Source: Chloroflexota bacterium (GTDB taxonomy: Bacteria; Chloroflexota; UBA11872; JBHOQS01). Taken from it: a stretch of DNA of 64,000 bases. The position numbers were made by a program, and so were the translations under genes. The stretch lies in the NCBI GenBank assembly GCA_042408875.1, contig JBHOQS010000015.1:79299-143298 (forward strand), in the 5' to 3' direction. Position 1 is the first letter of the stretch; the number at the start of each line of letters is the position of its first letter. Below are positions 9,531 to 18,891 of this stretch, in pieces. Below the pieces are notes generated by a model. That model did not search any database. It saw nothing but the letters and a program-made list of their open reading frames with translations, and was not told where the DNA came from.

Positions 9531-10792
9531 CGTACCGCATCTGCCTGGTCTCCGGTGAGTACCCGCCCGCTCAGGGCGGTGTGGGCGATTACACTGCCTG
9601 CCTGGTCGCTGAGCTCGCGCGCCGGGGCCATGAAGTGCTCATCGCCACCTCGCGGCGCATTCCGGCATCGGCAGGCGGCAATGTTTTCGTATACCCGCTG
9701 GTCGAGCGGTGGAATGCCGCTGCCCTGCCAGTCCTGCAGGCTTTCCTGCGCCAGGTCCGCCCCGACGTCATCCACATTCAGTATCAACCTGCCGCCTACA
9801 GTATGGAGTGGGCGATCTGCCTGCTGCCAGCAATGATCCGGCACATGAACTGGCGTCCGCAGGCGCGGGTGGCTGGCAGCCCGCTCGGCCGGCCGCTTGC
9901 CGGCGCGCGTCCCCTGGTGGCAGTGACCTGCCATGATCTGCGTGTGCCCTGGCTCTTTCCGAAGGCCGGGCCGCTGCGCGAGCTGCCGCCGCGGCTCATG
10001 CGCTGCGCCAGTGATACCGTCATCGCCGTTGCCGCCGAAGACCTGGCGCTGCTTCGGGCGCGCGGCGAGGCGATGCGTGCAACGCATATTCCGATCGGCA
10101 GCAACATCGCGGTAGCGCCACCACCCGGCTACCGGCGCGAGGCATGGCGCGCCGCCCACGGCGTCGGCCCTGACGAGCAGCTCATCGGCTTTTTCGGCTT
10201 TGCGAACGCCAGCAAAGGGCTAGACACCTGGTGGCAGGCCCTGGAGGTGCTGCTCCACGCCGGGCGGCCGGTCCGGCCCGTGCTGATCGGCGGCACAGCT
10301 GGTGACAGCGACGCGACCAATGCGGGCCAGGTGCGGGCGTTGGAGCACTGGCGTAGCAGCAGCGCTGCCGGCCGGCGCGCCATTGTGACGGGCTTCCTCC
10401 CCCCGGCCGAGGTGTCGGCCTGGCTGCTGGCGTGTGACGCTTGCGCACTGCCCTTCCGCGATGGCGCGTCGCTTCGCCGCGGGAGCCTGCTCGCCGCCCT
10501 ACTCCACGGTGTTCCCGTGGTCACGACTTTCCCGCCCAGGGCTGGGACCGCGTTGGAGCCGGGCCGACATGTGCTGTGCGTGCCGCCCGACGACGCTAGC
10601 GCGCTGGCCGCTGCCCTGGCACAGCTCCTCGACGACTCCGAGCTCCGCGAGTGCCTTGCCCGGGCCGGCCGTGCACTGGCCGGGCAGTACACCTGGACCG
10701 CCATCGCCGCACAGCACTTGCGCCTGTACCAGGACCTCCTAGCGCGCCTTCGTCCCCACACCCCGAGCATCCCTGCAGAGGAGTGTCTATGA
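9527..10792 (+). CDS. Glycosyltransferase family 4 (GT-B, retaining)
   Basis: ORF 9461..10792 trimmed to ATG 9527 (MTYRICLVSGEYPPAQGGVGDY), ATGA overlap with upstream stop; C-terminal GT4-type nucleotide-sugar binding region. Confidence 0.85.
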   Translation: MTYRICLVSGEYPPAQGGVGDYTACLVAELARRGHEVLIATSRRIPASAGGNVFVYPLVERWNAAALPVLQAFLRQVRPDVIHIQYQPAAYSMEWAICLLPAMIRHMNWRPQARVAGSPLGRPLAGARPLVAVTCHDLRVPWLFPKAGPLRELPPRLMRCASDTVIAVAAEDLALLRARGEAMRATHIPIGSNIAVAPPPGYRREAWRAAHGVGPDEQLIGFFGFANASKGLDTWWQALEVLLHAGRPVRPVLIGGTAGDSDATNAGQVRALEHWRSSSAAGRRAIVTGFLPPAEVSAWLLACDACALPFRDGASLRRGSLLAALLHGVPVVTTFPPRAGTALEPGRHVLCVPPDDASALAAALAQLLDDSELRECLARAGRALAGQYTWTAIAAQHLRLYQDLLARLRPHTPSIPAEECL

Positions 10793-10811
10793 TCCCCGGT
10801 GAGGTGCGGCA

Positions 10812-13800
10812 GTGCATGTGAGGCTGCCCGCTCGCAGCTCCTCGTCCCGTCCGGTGCACCTTCCTGGCGGTGCCACTGTGGGCGCGCCGGGCGCGCGCCC
10901 GCCCATGGTGCCGCTCGGCGTACTCGCGCTGACGCTGCCCGCGTTCCTCGTGCGGCTCTGGGGTATCGATTGGGAAAACCTCTGGTGGGATGAGGCGCTC
11001 AGCGTGTACCGTGCCAGCTCGACCTGGCCGGAGTTGCTCACGAACACGATCCGCATCCAGGGGACAGAGACGAAAGACCTGCACCCGCCGCTGTATTTCG
11101 TCTTCCTCCGCCTGTGGATGCTCGGTGCCGGCCAGAGCGAGTTCGCCGCGCGCGCGCTCTCAGCTATGCTCGGCGTGCTCCTCGTGCCCCTCGGAGCCGC
11201 GCTGGCGGCCCGGTTGGTCGGGCGCCGGGCCACGCTGCCCGCGGCAGCTCTGGCGGCGTTCTCTCCGTTTGCCGTGTGGTACGGCCAGGAAGCGCGCATG
11301 TACACGCTTGTGCCGCTGCTCAGCGCGCTCTCGGTCTACGTGCTGCTCCGGGCACTCGAAGAGCAACAGCTCAGGCTCTACGTGGCGTATCTGGCCACCA
11401 CCGCGGCGCTGCTCTACACACACTACTTCGGTCTCTTTCTCCTGGCGGTCCACGCCGGTTGCGTACTGCTAGCGGCGCGACAACAGGCGCGCCGTGGCCT
11501 GCGCTGGAGTCTCCACCCGCTGCGCGCTCCCGACCGGGCTGTGCCGCTCCTGGCGGTGCTCATCGGCGCACCGCTCACACCGTATATCGTGTGGCGGCTC
11601 ACGACGGGGCATGAGTGGGGACGCCGGCTCATCTCGCTGCCGCAGATCCTCTGGGACACCTGGCGTGTGCACCTGGCCGGCCTGGCTGGTGGCTGGCATG
11701 CCGAAGCGCTCAGCGTGGCTGTCGCGGGCGCATGCGCGGTGGTCGCGCTGGTTTTGTCCAGGCAGCGGTCCCCTCGCCCGGCACTGGCGCTGGGACCGTC
11801 GAGCGTCGGGGGGAACGGCCATCCAAGCCATACGGGCCATGCGAACTCTGCAGGTGCTGTATACCGAGCTGCCGGACCGCGCTGGGATATGCTGGCCATC
11901 TATCTCCTCGTCCCTGTAGTGGCGATCTTCCTGCTTTCGCTGATCAAGCCGCTCTTTGGCCACATCAGGTATATGAGCATCGTGTCGCCGGCGCTGTACA
12001 GTGCATTGGGTGGGGCCATCGCCTCCTCTCGCCGTGGCGGTGTGCTGCTGGCCGGCCTAGCCGGCCTGGCGATGCTCTACGGGAACGCTGCCCAGCGTCT
12101 TGACCCCGCCTCGAGGCGCGAGGCATACGCCGCGGCCATGCAGTTCGTCGAGCGCCACAGCCAGCCGGGGGACGCCGTCATCTTCTACGCGAACGGCTCG
12201 GAGCCTGCGTTCCTCTATTACGTCAAGCGCGGGCTCCCGTGGTACTCGCTGCCGCGCCCGGAGCACGACCGCACCGACCCGCGGCTGATCGGAGAAGAAT
12301 TGGCGCCTATCGCGCAGGCCCACCCGCGTGTCTGGCTGGTCACCCTGGGCGCGGAGATGGCCGACCCGCGTGGGCTGATCGTCGAATGGCTGGAGACACA
12401 TGCGGTACGCAGCCTGAGCGCCAGCTTCTGGGGTGGCGGCTTCGGCAGAGCGCTTGAGGTGGCGCGCTATGAGACCCGGCCAGTGTACGGGACTGCACGT
12501 GCGGAGGTCACCGGGCTCGGTGCCGGCGGGACTAGCACTTGGCCCGGTGCGCTGCTGGTGCAGGCGGCCAGCCCAGGCGTCAATCTGGGGAACGCGCTGC
12601 GTTTGCACCAGGCCGTTTTTATCGTTGACACCGGCGCCGGCAGCGCCACAGCAACCTATTACTGGGAGGTGCTTCGCCCGGTTACGAACGAACTCGTGGT
12701 GTCAACCCGTATCGTGGACGGTGAAGGGCGAACGTGGGCGCAGCGCGACAGCCCGCCTCTGAATGGCAGCGCCCTGGCCTCCCAGTGGCAGGCCGGCACG
12801 TTCGTCCGCGATGTTCACGACCTGACGCTTGAGGACGGGATGCCACCCGGCCACTATTACCTTGTGCTGGAGGTCTACTCGCTCCCGGCACAGCGTGGTC
12901 TGGAAATTATAAACGAGCAGGGCATCGGCAGCGGGACGCTGGTCCGTCTCGGTGAATTCACGACTGTCGCACCCGCGCCTGCTGTGCCTCCCCGGCGACT
13001 GCTCCCCGTCCGCATGGGCCCGATCGACTTGCTGGAGGCCCGCCTGGGAACCGGGAGCGCGAAACCTGGCGAGCGCCTGCGGGTCCAGGGTCTGGTGCAG
13101 CTCACTGGGCAGGGCGCCGCTGGGGTAGCTGGCGGGGCTGGCGCGCCACAGCCGGTTCTGCGCGCGCGGCTGGTAGATGCGCAGGGCCATACCGTACGGG
13201 AAGCCAGTGCGCCGCTCGGGCTACTGTTCGGGGAGGATACTGGGCAGGACCGCGGTCGCGGTGCTGTGCTGGGATGGAAGCTGGACCTCCTGCTTCCCGC
13301 GGGCTTGCCGAGCGGCCGCTACCGTGCACAGGTCGCCCTTGACGCGCCCGGCGCCAGGGCTGCTGCGATCCGCTGGGGACGCCTGCTGCACCCGTCGGTG
13401 TGGCGTCCTGCAGTCTCCAGCGATGGTGGCCCGGCCACTGCGCCGGCGTTGCGCTGGCCGCGCCCGGCGGGTCACCCGGTTGGCGGCGGCTGGGTCGAGG
13501 TCGGCGAGGTCCTCGTCCAGGGACGCACTCCTGACCTCCATTCCCCGCGGCCGCAGCATGTCATCTCGGTGCGGGTGGGCGAAGCCATCCAGCTCATCGG
13601 GTATGATGTGAGCACGACGAGCATACGGCCCGGCGAGACGCTCTACCTCACGCTCTACTGGCGCTGCACCGCAGCGATGGAGACCAGCTATACCGTCTTC
13701 ACGCACCTACTCGATCCGTCCGGCCGGCTGCGCGGCCAACATGATGACATACCCCACCGCGGTGAGCTCCCGACGACGAGCTGGGTTGCTGGGGAGTACA

Positions 13801-13985
13801 TCACCGATCGCTATGAGCTCCAGCTCGCTGCAGACGCACCGCCTGGAATATACTGGCTGGAAGTCGGCATGTATGATGCCCGTACGCTGGTCCGGTTACC
13901 GCTCTACGCTGATGGCGCGCGGCTTGCGGACGACCGCGTGCTTCTGACACAGATCATGGTGCAGCCCGCCGCACCACTGCAATGA
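10812..13985 (+). CDS. GT-C fold glycosyltransferase, PMT/ArnT (GT39/GT83)-like, with large C-terminal extracytoplasmic domain
   Basis: 1057 aa; multi-helix N-terminal membrane domain with a DE motif in the first loop (WWDEALSVY); GTG start with GAGGTG upstream; C-terminal domain carries repeated PPG.Y.L..G.YD motifs. Confidence 0.75.
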   Translation: MHVRLPARSSSSRPVHLPGGATVGAPGARPPMVPLGVLALTLPAFLVRLWGIDWENLWWDEALSVYRASSTWPELLTNTIRIQGTETKDLHPPLYFVFLRLWMLGAGQSEFAARALSAMLGVLLVPLGAALAARLVGRRATLPAAALAAFSPFAVWYGQEARMYTLVPLLSALSVYVLLRALEEQQLRLYVAYLATTAALLYTHYFGLFLLAVHAGCVLLAARQQARRGLRWSLHPLRAPDRAVPLLAVLIGAPLTPYIVWRLTTGHEWGRRLISLPQILWDTWRVHLAGLAGGWHAEALSVAVAGACAVVALVLSRQRSPRPALALGPSSVGGNGHPSHTGHANSAGAVYRAAGPRWDMLAIYLLVPVVAIFLLSLIKPLFGHIRYMSIVSPALYSALGGAIASSRRGGVLLAGLAGLAMLYGNAAQRLDPASRREAYAAAMQFVERHSQPGDAVIFYANGSEPAFLYYVKRGLPWYSLPRPEHDRTDPRLIGEELAPIAQAHPRVWLVTLGAEMADPRGLIVEWLETHAVRSLSASFWGGGFGRALEVARYETRPVYGTARAEVTGLGAGGTSTWPGALLVQAASPGVNLGNALRLHQAVFIVDTGAGSATATYYWEVLRPVTNELVVSTRIVDGEGRTWAQRDSPPLNGSALASQWQAGTFVRDVHDLTLEDGMPPGHYYLVLEVYSLPAQRGLEIINEQGIGSGTLVRLGEFTTVAPAPAVPPRRLLPVRMGPIDLLEARLGTGSAKPGERLRVQGLVQLTGQGAAGVAGGAGAPQPVLRARLVDAQGHTVREASAPLGLLFGEDTGQDRGRGAVLGWKLDLLLPAGLPSGRYRAQVALDAPGARAAAIRWGRLLHPSVWRPAVSSDGGPATAPALRWPRPAGHPVGGGWVEVGEVLVQGRTPDLHSPRPQHVISVRVGEAIQLIGYDVSTTSIRPGETLYLTLYWRCTAAMETSYTVFTHLLDPSGRLRGQHDDIPHRGELPTTSWVAGEYITDRYELQLAADAPPGIYWLEVGMYDARTLVRLPLYADGARLADDRVLLTQIMVQPAAPLQ

Positions 13986-15952
13986 GCCGGCGTGCGGGTC
14001 GTGGAGGCAGCATGACGAGAACGGTGCTCAGCCCGCCTGAGCAAGCCGCGTACTCTGTACCGGCACAACAGGCCGCGCCTCATCCACCGCACCGTGCTGC
14101 CAGCGTGGCCGTAGCTCTCCTTGCTGTCTGGTGCTTCTTCGTCAGTGCGGTGTACAGCGTTGCCACGCCGATCTTTGAGGCGCCGGATGAGCCCTTCCAC
14201 TTCGCCTATGTCCGCTGGCTTGCCTCCGGCCGCGGCCTGCCCGTGGTCGATCCGCTCCGGCCGGAAGCCTGGCGCCAGGAAGGCACGCAGCCGCCGCTCT
14301 ACTACGCGATCGGGGCGCTGCTCACCAGTTGGCTTGATACGGGCGACCTCCCGCTCGTGCTCGCATTCAATCCGCACGCCCGTCTAGGCGTCCCCGACGC
14401 CACGGACAATCGCAATGCGGTGATCCATACCCCTCGTGAGCATTTTCCGTACCGAGGCTCCGTGTTCGTGGTGCATCTCCTGCGGCTGCTCTCTGCCGCG
14501 CTGGCCGCCCTCACCATCCTGGCCACGTACATGCTGGCGAGAGCGGTGTGGCCAGAGCGGCGGAGCGCGGCCCTGCTCGCTGCGGCGCTCGTGGCCGCGA
14601 ATCCTATGTTCCTATTCATCAGCGCATCAGTGAACAACGACGCGCTGGCTACGCTGCTTGCGACGACTTGCCTGACACTCACGGTATACGCCGCAGTGCG
14701 GCCCTCTCGCTGGGGTGCGCTGGCAGCCGGGGCAGCTGGTGGGCTGGCGCTGCTGGCGAAGCTGAACACTGCGTGGGTTATCCCACTGGCCGCGCTCTAT
14801 ACCGGCATGTGCACATACCGTCGGGAGGGGCCGGGCGCGGCGCTGCGCGCTGTCAGTGCGATGCTGCTGGCCGCCGTCGCGGTGGCCGGCTGGTGGCCGG
14901 CGCGCAATCTGCTGGTCTACGGCGACCTGGCTGGCCTGGCCGCGCACCTGGCCGTGATGGGCAGCGCGCCCCGCCGCGAGGTCGCCCAGCTTCTCGACGA
15001 GCTGGCAGGGCTGCGTTTCGCTTTCTGGGGCATCTTCGGCTGGTTCAATGTCCTGCCACCGCTCGCCTACTACATCCCCTTCTGGAGCGCCACCTGCGCG
15101 GGGCTAGTCGGGCTGGCCTTGCAGGTAGGTTCGGGACGCCGGGGCAGCTCACCCGTGACTGTGCCCGCGCGACCTGGCCAGGCGCCACTGTGGCTGCTTA
15201 CCGGGGCGGTCCTCTCGGCCCTGGGCAGCCTGCTGTGGTGGACCCTCCAGACACAGGGCGCACAAGGGCGGCTGCTCTTTCCGGCGTGGCCCGCTGCGGC
15301 GGTCCTGCTGGTCTACGGCTGGGAGCGGCTTGCCGGCGCGCGCCGGTTGCTCCCCTTCGGGAGCGCTCTCGTAGCTGCACAGGCCGTGCTCGCTGCCGTG
15401 ACCCCGCTCGCCGTGATCGCCCCGGCCTATCACCTTCCGGCCGACAGCCAGCCAGGGCTCGGCCAGGCCCGTCCCGCGGCAGCGGGGACCGGCGAGCTCT
15501 GGCGGTATGACGGCCGTATCGCTCTGCTCGCAGCGGAGCTTCCAGCCACTGTGCGCCCCGGCGAGCCAGTAGTAGTTACCCTGCACTGGCGAGCGCTGGA
15601 CGCGCCGGGCCGGAACCTGTCGGTGTACGTCCAAGTCCTGGCGCCGTCGGGCCGTAAAGTCGGGCAGCGCGATAGCTTCCCCGGCGGAGGCCTCGCACCC
15701 ACAGTCTACTGGCGTGCCGGTGATGAACTCATCGAGCGCGTTACCGTACCGCTGGAGCCCGACCTGCCACCTGGGGAGTATACGGTCCTGGTCGGCCTGT
15801 ACGATCTCGCGCCGCCGGCCCATCTGTTCCTGCCAGCGCCGGCCTCCAGCGACCGCATCCGTGACTCCCGCTACATCGTCGCCGGAACAGTGCGCCTCGT
15901 AGCTACGCAGCCCGAGGCAGGACAGGCTGCCGGGGAGGGCGGACGGCAGTGA
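13982..15952 (+). CDS. GT-C fold glycosyltransferase, PMT/ArnT-like
   Basis: 656 aa; ATGA overlap with upstream gene; first loop APDEPFHFAYV; multiple TM helices; C-terminal LPPGEYTVLVGLYD motif shared with the upstream paralog. Confidence 0.75.
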   Translation: MSRRAGRGGSMTRTVLSPPEQAAYSVPAQQAAPHPPHRAASVAVALLAVWCFFVSAVYSVATPIFEAPDEPFHFAYVRWLASGRGLPVVDPLRPEAWRQEGTQPPLYYAIGALLTSWLDTGDLPLVLAFNPHARLGVPDATDNRNAVIHTPREHFPYRGSVFVVHLLRLLSAALAALTILATYMLARAVWPERRSAALLAAALVAANPMFLFISASVNNDALATLLATTCLTLTVYAAVRPSRWGALAAGAAGGLALLAKLNTAWVIPLAALYTGMCTYRREGPGAALRAVSAMLLAAVAVAGWWPARNLLVYGDLAGLAAHLAVMGSAPRREVAQLLDELAGLRFAFWGIFGWFNVLPPLAYYIPFWSATCAGLVGLALQVGSGRRGSSPVTVPARPGQAPLWLLTGAVLSALGSLLWWTLQTQGAQGRLLFPAWPAAAVLLVYGWERLAGARRLLPFGSALVAAQAVLAAVTPLAVIAPAYHLPADSQPGLGQARPAAAGTGELWRYDGRIALLAAELPATVRPGEPVVVTLHWRALDAPGRNLSVYVQVLAPSGRKVGQRDSFPGGGLAPTVYWRAGDELIERVTVPLEPDLPPGEYTVLVGLYDLAPPAHLFLPAPASSDRIRDSRYIVAGTVRLVATQPEAGQAAGEGGRQ

Positions 15953-18408
15953 CCCGTGGCGACCTCGCGGCGATCGCCGCCGTGCTGCTGCTTCCGGTGG
16001 CGCTGTTCTGGCGCGTGCTGTTCGACGGCGCGACCATGCCGCCGGGCGGCGGTGACTTCGCCGCGTTCGTCTACCCCAACTTCGTCTTCGCCGCACGCTG
16101 GCTCCAGCAGGGCACACTGCCCCTGTGGAATCCCCACTTCTTTTCCGGCGCGCCGTTCCAGGCCGACGTGCAGACCGGGCTCTTCTATCCATTGAACCTC
16201 CTCGCGCTGCTCAGTGCACGGCCATTCACCTACCGGGCGCTTGAGCTTCTGGCCATCGCCCACTACAGCCTGACTGGCCTGCTTATGTGGCTCTACCTGC
16301 GGCGCCTGGGTGTCGGACAGCTTGCCTCCCTGGCCGGGGCTGCGGCGTGGCAGGCCTGCGGGTTCCTGGTCGCACACCTCGGGCATTACAACATGCTGGC
16401 TGTAGCGGCCTGGCTGCCTGGCCTGCTCCTTGCCCTGGAGGCCGCCCTGCCGGCCCTGCGAGGGCCCGCGCTCGGGCGCGCGGCGCGGCCGGTGGGAGCC
16501 GCTGCCCTGGTGTACGGGCTGTCGGCGCTGGCCGGACACACGCAGATGACACTGTACCTGGGCCTCGCCGGGACGATCTACCTGCCGGCTCGTCTGCTGA
16601 CTAGCCTGGATGCCGGACCGGCCGCCAGCGCCCTGCGCGGCAAGCTGCTGGCGCGCGGGCTCGCTGCTGCGGCGCTCGTGCTTATGCTCGGTGGCGGCAT
16701 CGCTGCGGTGCAGTACCTGCCCACCCTGGAGCTAGCGCGGGTCTCGGTACGCGCAGCTATCACGTTTGAGCAGGGCCGTGAGTTCGCCCTGCCTGCGGCC
16801 GCCCTGCTGCTGTTCCTGGCGCCGGGCTTCTTCGGCTCGGCCCAGACCGGGATATGGTATCTTTCCAGCCTGACCGAGAGCTACACCTACACCGGCATCG
16901 TCGTGCTGGTGCTCGCCTCCGCCGGGGTCCTGCTGCCACGCCCACAGGTGCGGCGCCTTGCGCTCCTGCTGGCAGCCCTGGCGGCGGGGAGCTTGCTGCT
17001 CGCCCTCGGCGATGAGACCGCGTTGTATGGATGGCTGTGGCGAGGGGTGCCGCTCTTCGATCGATTGCGTGCGGCAGGGCGTTTCCTGCTGCTCACGCAC
17101 GTTGCCCTTGCGACCCTCGCTGCGCTCGGGCTCGACGGCCTACGGCCGCCCTGGGGCACCCGCCACCGCCTGTTTGTTGATCGCCTGCTAGCGGCCTGGG
17201 GGCTGCTGCTGGCCGCCCTGGTCCTGCTGGCGCTGCCCACTGGCTATCTGGGTCTGGCGCTATATGCCAGCCGCGATGCCGTACTGGCCCAGCGAGCCGG
17301 CGCAGCACTGGGATCGCTGACGGTCGCCGCGCTGCTTCTAGGCCTGACCCTGGGGCTCCTGGCCCTCTACCGGTCCGGCCGGCTGGGCTGGACATCCTTC
17401 GCTGGACTCATGCTTGTCCTGTTGCTGGCCGACCTCCACGGCGCGAACGGGCGCTACAACCCTACGACTGCTGATATCCTCTCAGCCTACCGCCATCCCG
17501 AGGCTGTGCAGTTCCTTGCCTCCCAGCCAGGCATCTTCCGAGTGGACAGCGACACCGGCATCGACGATATCTGGCACCCCAGCCTGCCGGCGCTGGCTGG
17601 CTATGAGAGCACCTGGGGCCTGTTCAACCCGCTCGGCCTGGCCGAGTATCAGGTGCTGCTCAAGGGCCACCTCCGCGACCGCTCGAGCAGGCTCTACCAG
17701 TTCCTGAATGCACGCTATCTGGTGGTGAAGAAGGGCGAGCGCCCGCCCGGTGAAACGTTCCGTCCGGTGTTCCTCCAGGACCCGCGGGTCGACATTTACG
17801 AAAACGCCCAGGCGCTCCCGCGGGCGTTCGTCGTGTACGACGCTCAGGTCGTGGACGGCCGCGCGGCCGCGCTGGCAGCCATCACCACCCCCGGTTTCGA
17901 TCCGGCGCGCACGGTTGTGCTCGAACGCAGCCAGGGAGATATACCGGCCAGCGCTGCCCCGTCGCCGCAGCCCTCCTTCACACCCGCTGAGCTCGAACAG
18001 ACAGGACCTGGACGGCTGCGCGTGCGCGTGCAGGCAGCGCGTCCAGGCTGGCTGGTGCTGAGCGAGGTCTGGTACCGCGGTTGGCATGCGAGGGTGGACG
18101 GCCAAGCTGCACCGGTGCGACGTGCCAACTGGCTCTTCCGCGCCGTGCCGGTGGATACGGGAGAGCACATCGTCGAGCTCTGGTTTGCCCCTGCCACCTT
18201 CGTCGCAGGAGCGGCGATCAGTGTCGCATCGCTGCTGGCGTGCCTGGTCCTGCTCTCACCGCTCCCCCAGCGCCTGGGCAGAGGCAGAGTGCAGGCGCCG
18301 TCTTCAGGGCGCTGTACGCCAGATATGTGCGATCCGCTGCACGACGGTGATGCTCGAGATGATGGCCAGCGCAGCAATAGCGATTTCCAGCGTCGGCCGG
18401 CCGAGTAG
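15949..18408 (+). CDS. YfhO family membrane glycosyltransferase-like protein
   Basis: 819 aa; GTGA overlap with upstream gene; N-terminal FDGATMPPGGGDFAAFVYPNFVFAARWLQQGTLPLWNPHFFSGAPFQADVQTGLFYPLN is characteristic of YfhO; many TM helices. Confidence 0.8.
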   Translation: MTRGDLAAIAAVLLLPVALFWRVLFDGATMPPGGGDFAAFVYPNFVFAARWLQQGTLPLWNPHFFSGAPFQADVQTGLFYPLNLLALLSARPFTYRALELLAIAHYSLTGLLMWLYLRRLGVGQLASLAGAAAWQACGFLVAHLGHYNMLAVAAWLPGLLLALEAALPALRGPALGRAARPVGAAALVYGLSALAGHTQMTLYLGLAGTIYLPARLLTSLDAGPAASALRGKLLARGLAAAALVLMLGGGIAAVQYLPTLELARVSVRAAITFEQGREFALPAAALLLFLAPGFFGSAQTGIWYLSSLTESYTYTGIVVLVLASAGVLLPRPQVRRLALLLAALAAGSLLLALGDETALYGWLWRGVPLFDRLRAAGRFLLLTHVALATLAALGLDGLRPPWGTRHRLFVDRLLAAWGLLLAALVLLALPTGYLGLALYASRDAVLAQRAGAALGSLTVAALLLGLTLGLLALYRSGRLGWTSFAGLMLVLLLADLHGANGRYNPTTADILSAYRHPEAVQFLASQPGIFRVDSDTGIDDIWHPSLPALAGYESTWGLFNPLGLAEYQVLLKGHLRDRSSRLYQFLNARYLVVKKGERPPGETFRPVFLQDPRVDIYENAQALPRAFVVYDAQVVDGRAAALAAITTPGFDPARTVVLERSQGDIPASAAPSPQPSFTPAELEQTGPGRLRVRVQAARPGWLVLSEVWYRGWHARVDGQAAPVRRANWLFRAVPVDTGEHIVELWFAPATFVAGAAISVASLLACLVLLSPLPQRLGRGRVQAPSSGRCTPDMCDPLHDGDARDDGQRSNSDFQRRPAE

Positions 18409-18888
18409 CAACCCCAGGCCCAGCGCCACCACCCGCTCCGGACGCTGAAAGAGGCCGACCTTACACTCGAGCCCCAACCCCTCGGCGCGAGCACGGGCAT
18501 AGCTAACCATGAGCGAGCCGATCACCGCCATGTACGTGAGCGCCAGCTCCAGCAGCGAGCCACCGTGCTGGTAGTAGTATAGGAGCACGCCGAAGAACAG
18601 CGCCGCCTCGGAGATGCGGTCCATAGTTGAATCGAAGAAGGCCCCGAAAACAGTCTTCCTGTTCGCCACGCGGGCGAGCGCACCGTCGAGCATATCGAAG
18701 GCGCCGGAGAACAGCACCAGCGCGCCGCCCCAGGCGAGGTGGCCGCTAGCGATCACCGCAGCCGTGGCCAGGTTCAACAGGAAGCCGACCAGGGTCAGGG
18801 CGTTGGGCGAGACGCCGAGGCGCGCCAGCGGCGTAACGCTGCCCTCTGCCACGCGGCGAGCCAGATCAACCAGCCAGGAGGCGAACAT
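18304..18888 (-). CDS. CDP-alcohol phosphatidyltransferase (candidate phosphatidylinositol-phosphate synthase)
   Basis: FDMLDGALARVANRKTVFGAFFDSTMDRISE matches D-x2-DG-x2-AR...G-x3-D-x3-D; last gene of the PI/PIM operon. Confidence 0.85.
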   Translation of the reverse strand: MFASWLVDLARRVAEGSVTPLARLGVSPNALTLVGFLLNLATAAVIASGHLAWGGALVLFSGAFDMLDGALARVANRKTVFGAFFDSTMDRISEAALFFGVLLYYYQHGGSLLELALTYMAVIGSLMVSYARARAEGLGLECKVGLFQRPERVVALGLGLLLGRPTLEIAIAALAIISSITVVQRIAHIWRTAP

Positions 18889-18891
18889 AGG

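Noticed and set aside
15149-16192. 347-aa minus-strand ORF
   Set aside because: Arg/Ala-rich antisense frame inside the GT-C and YfhO genes; typical spurious ORF in GC-rich DNA.
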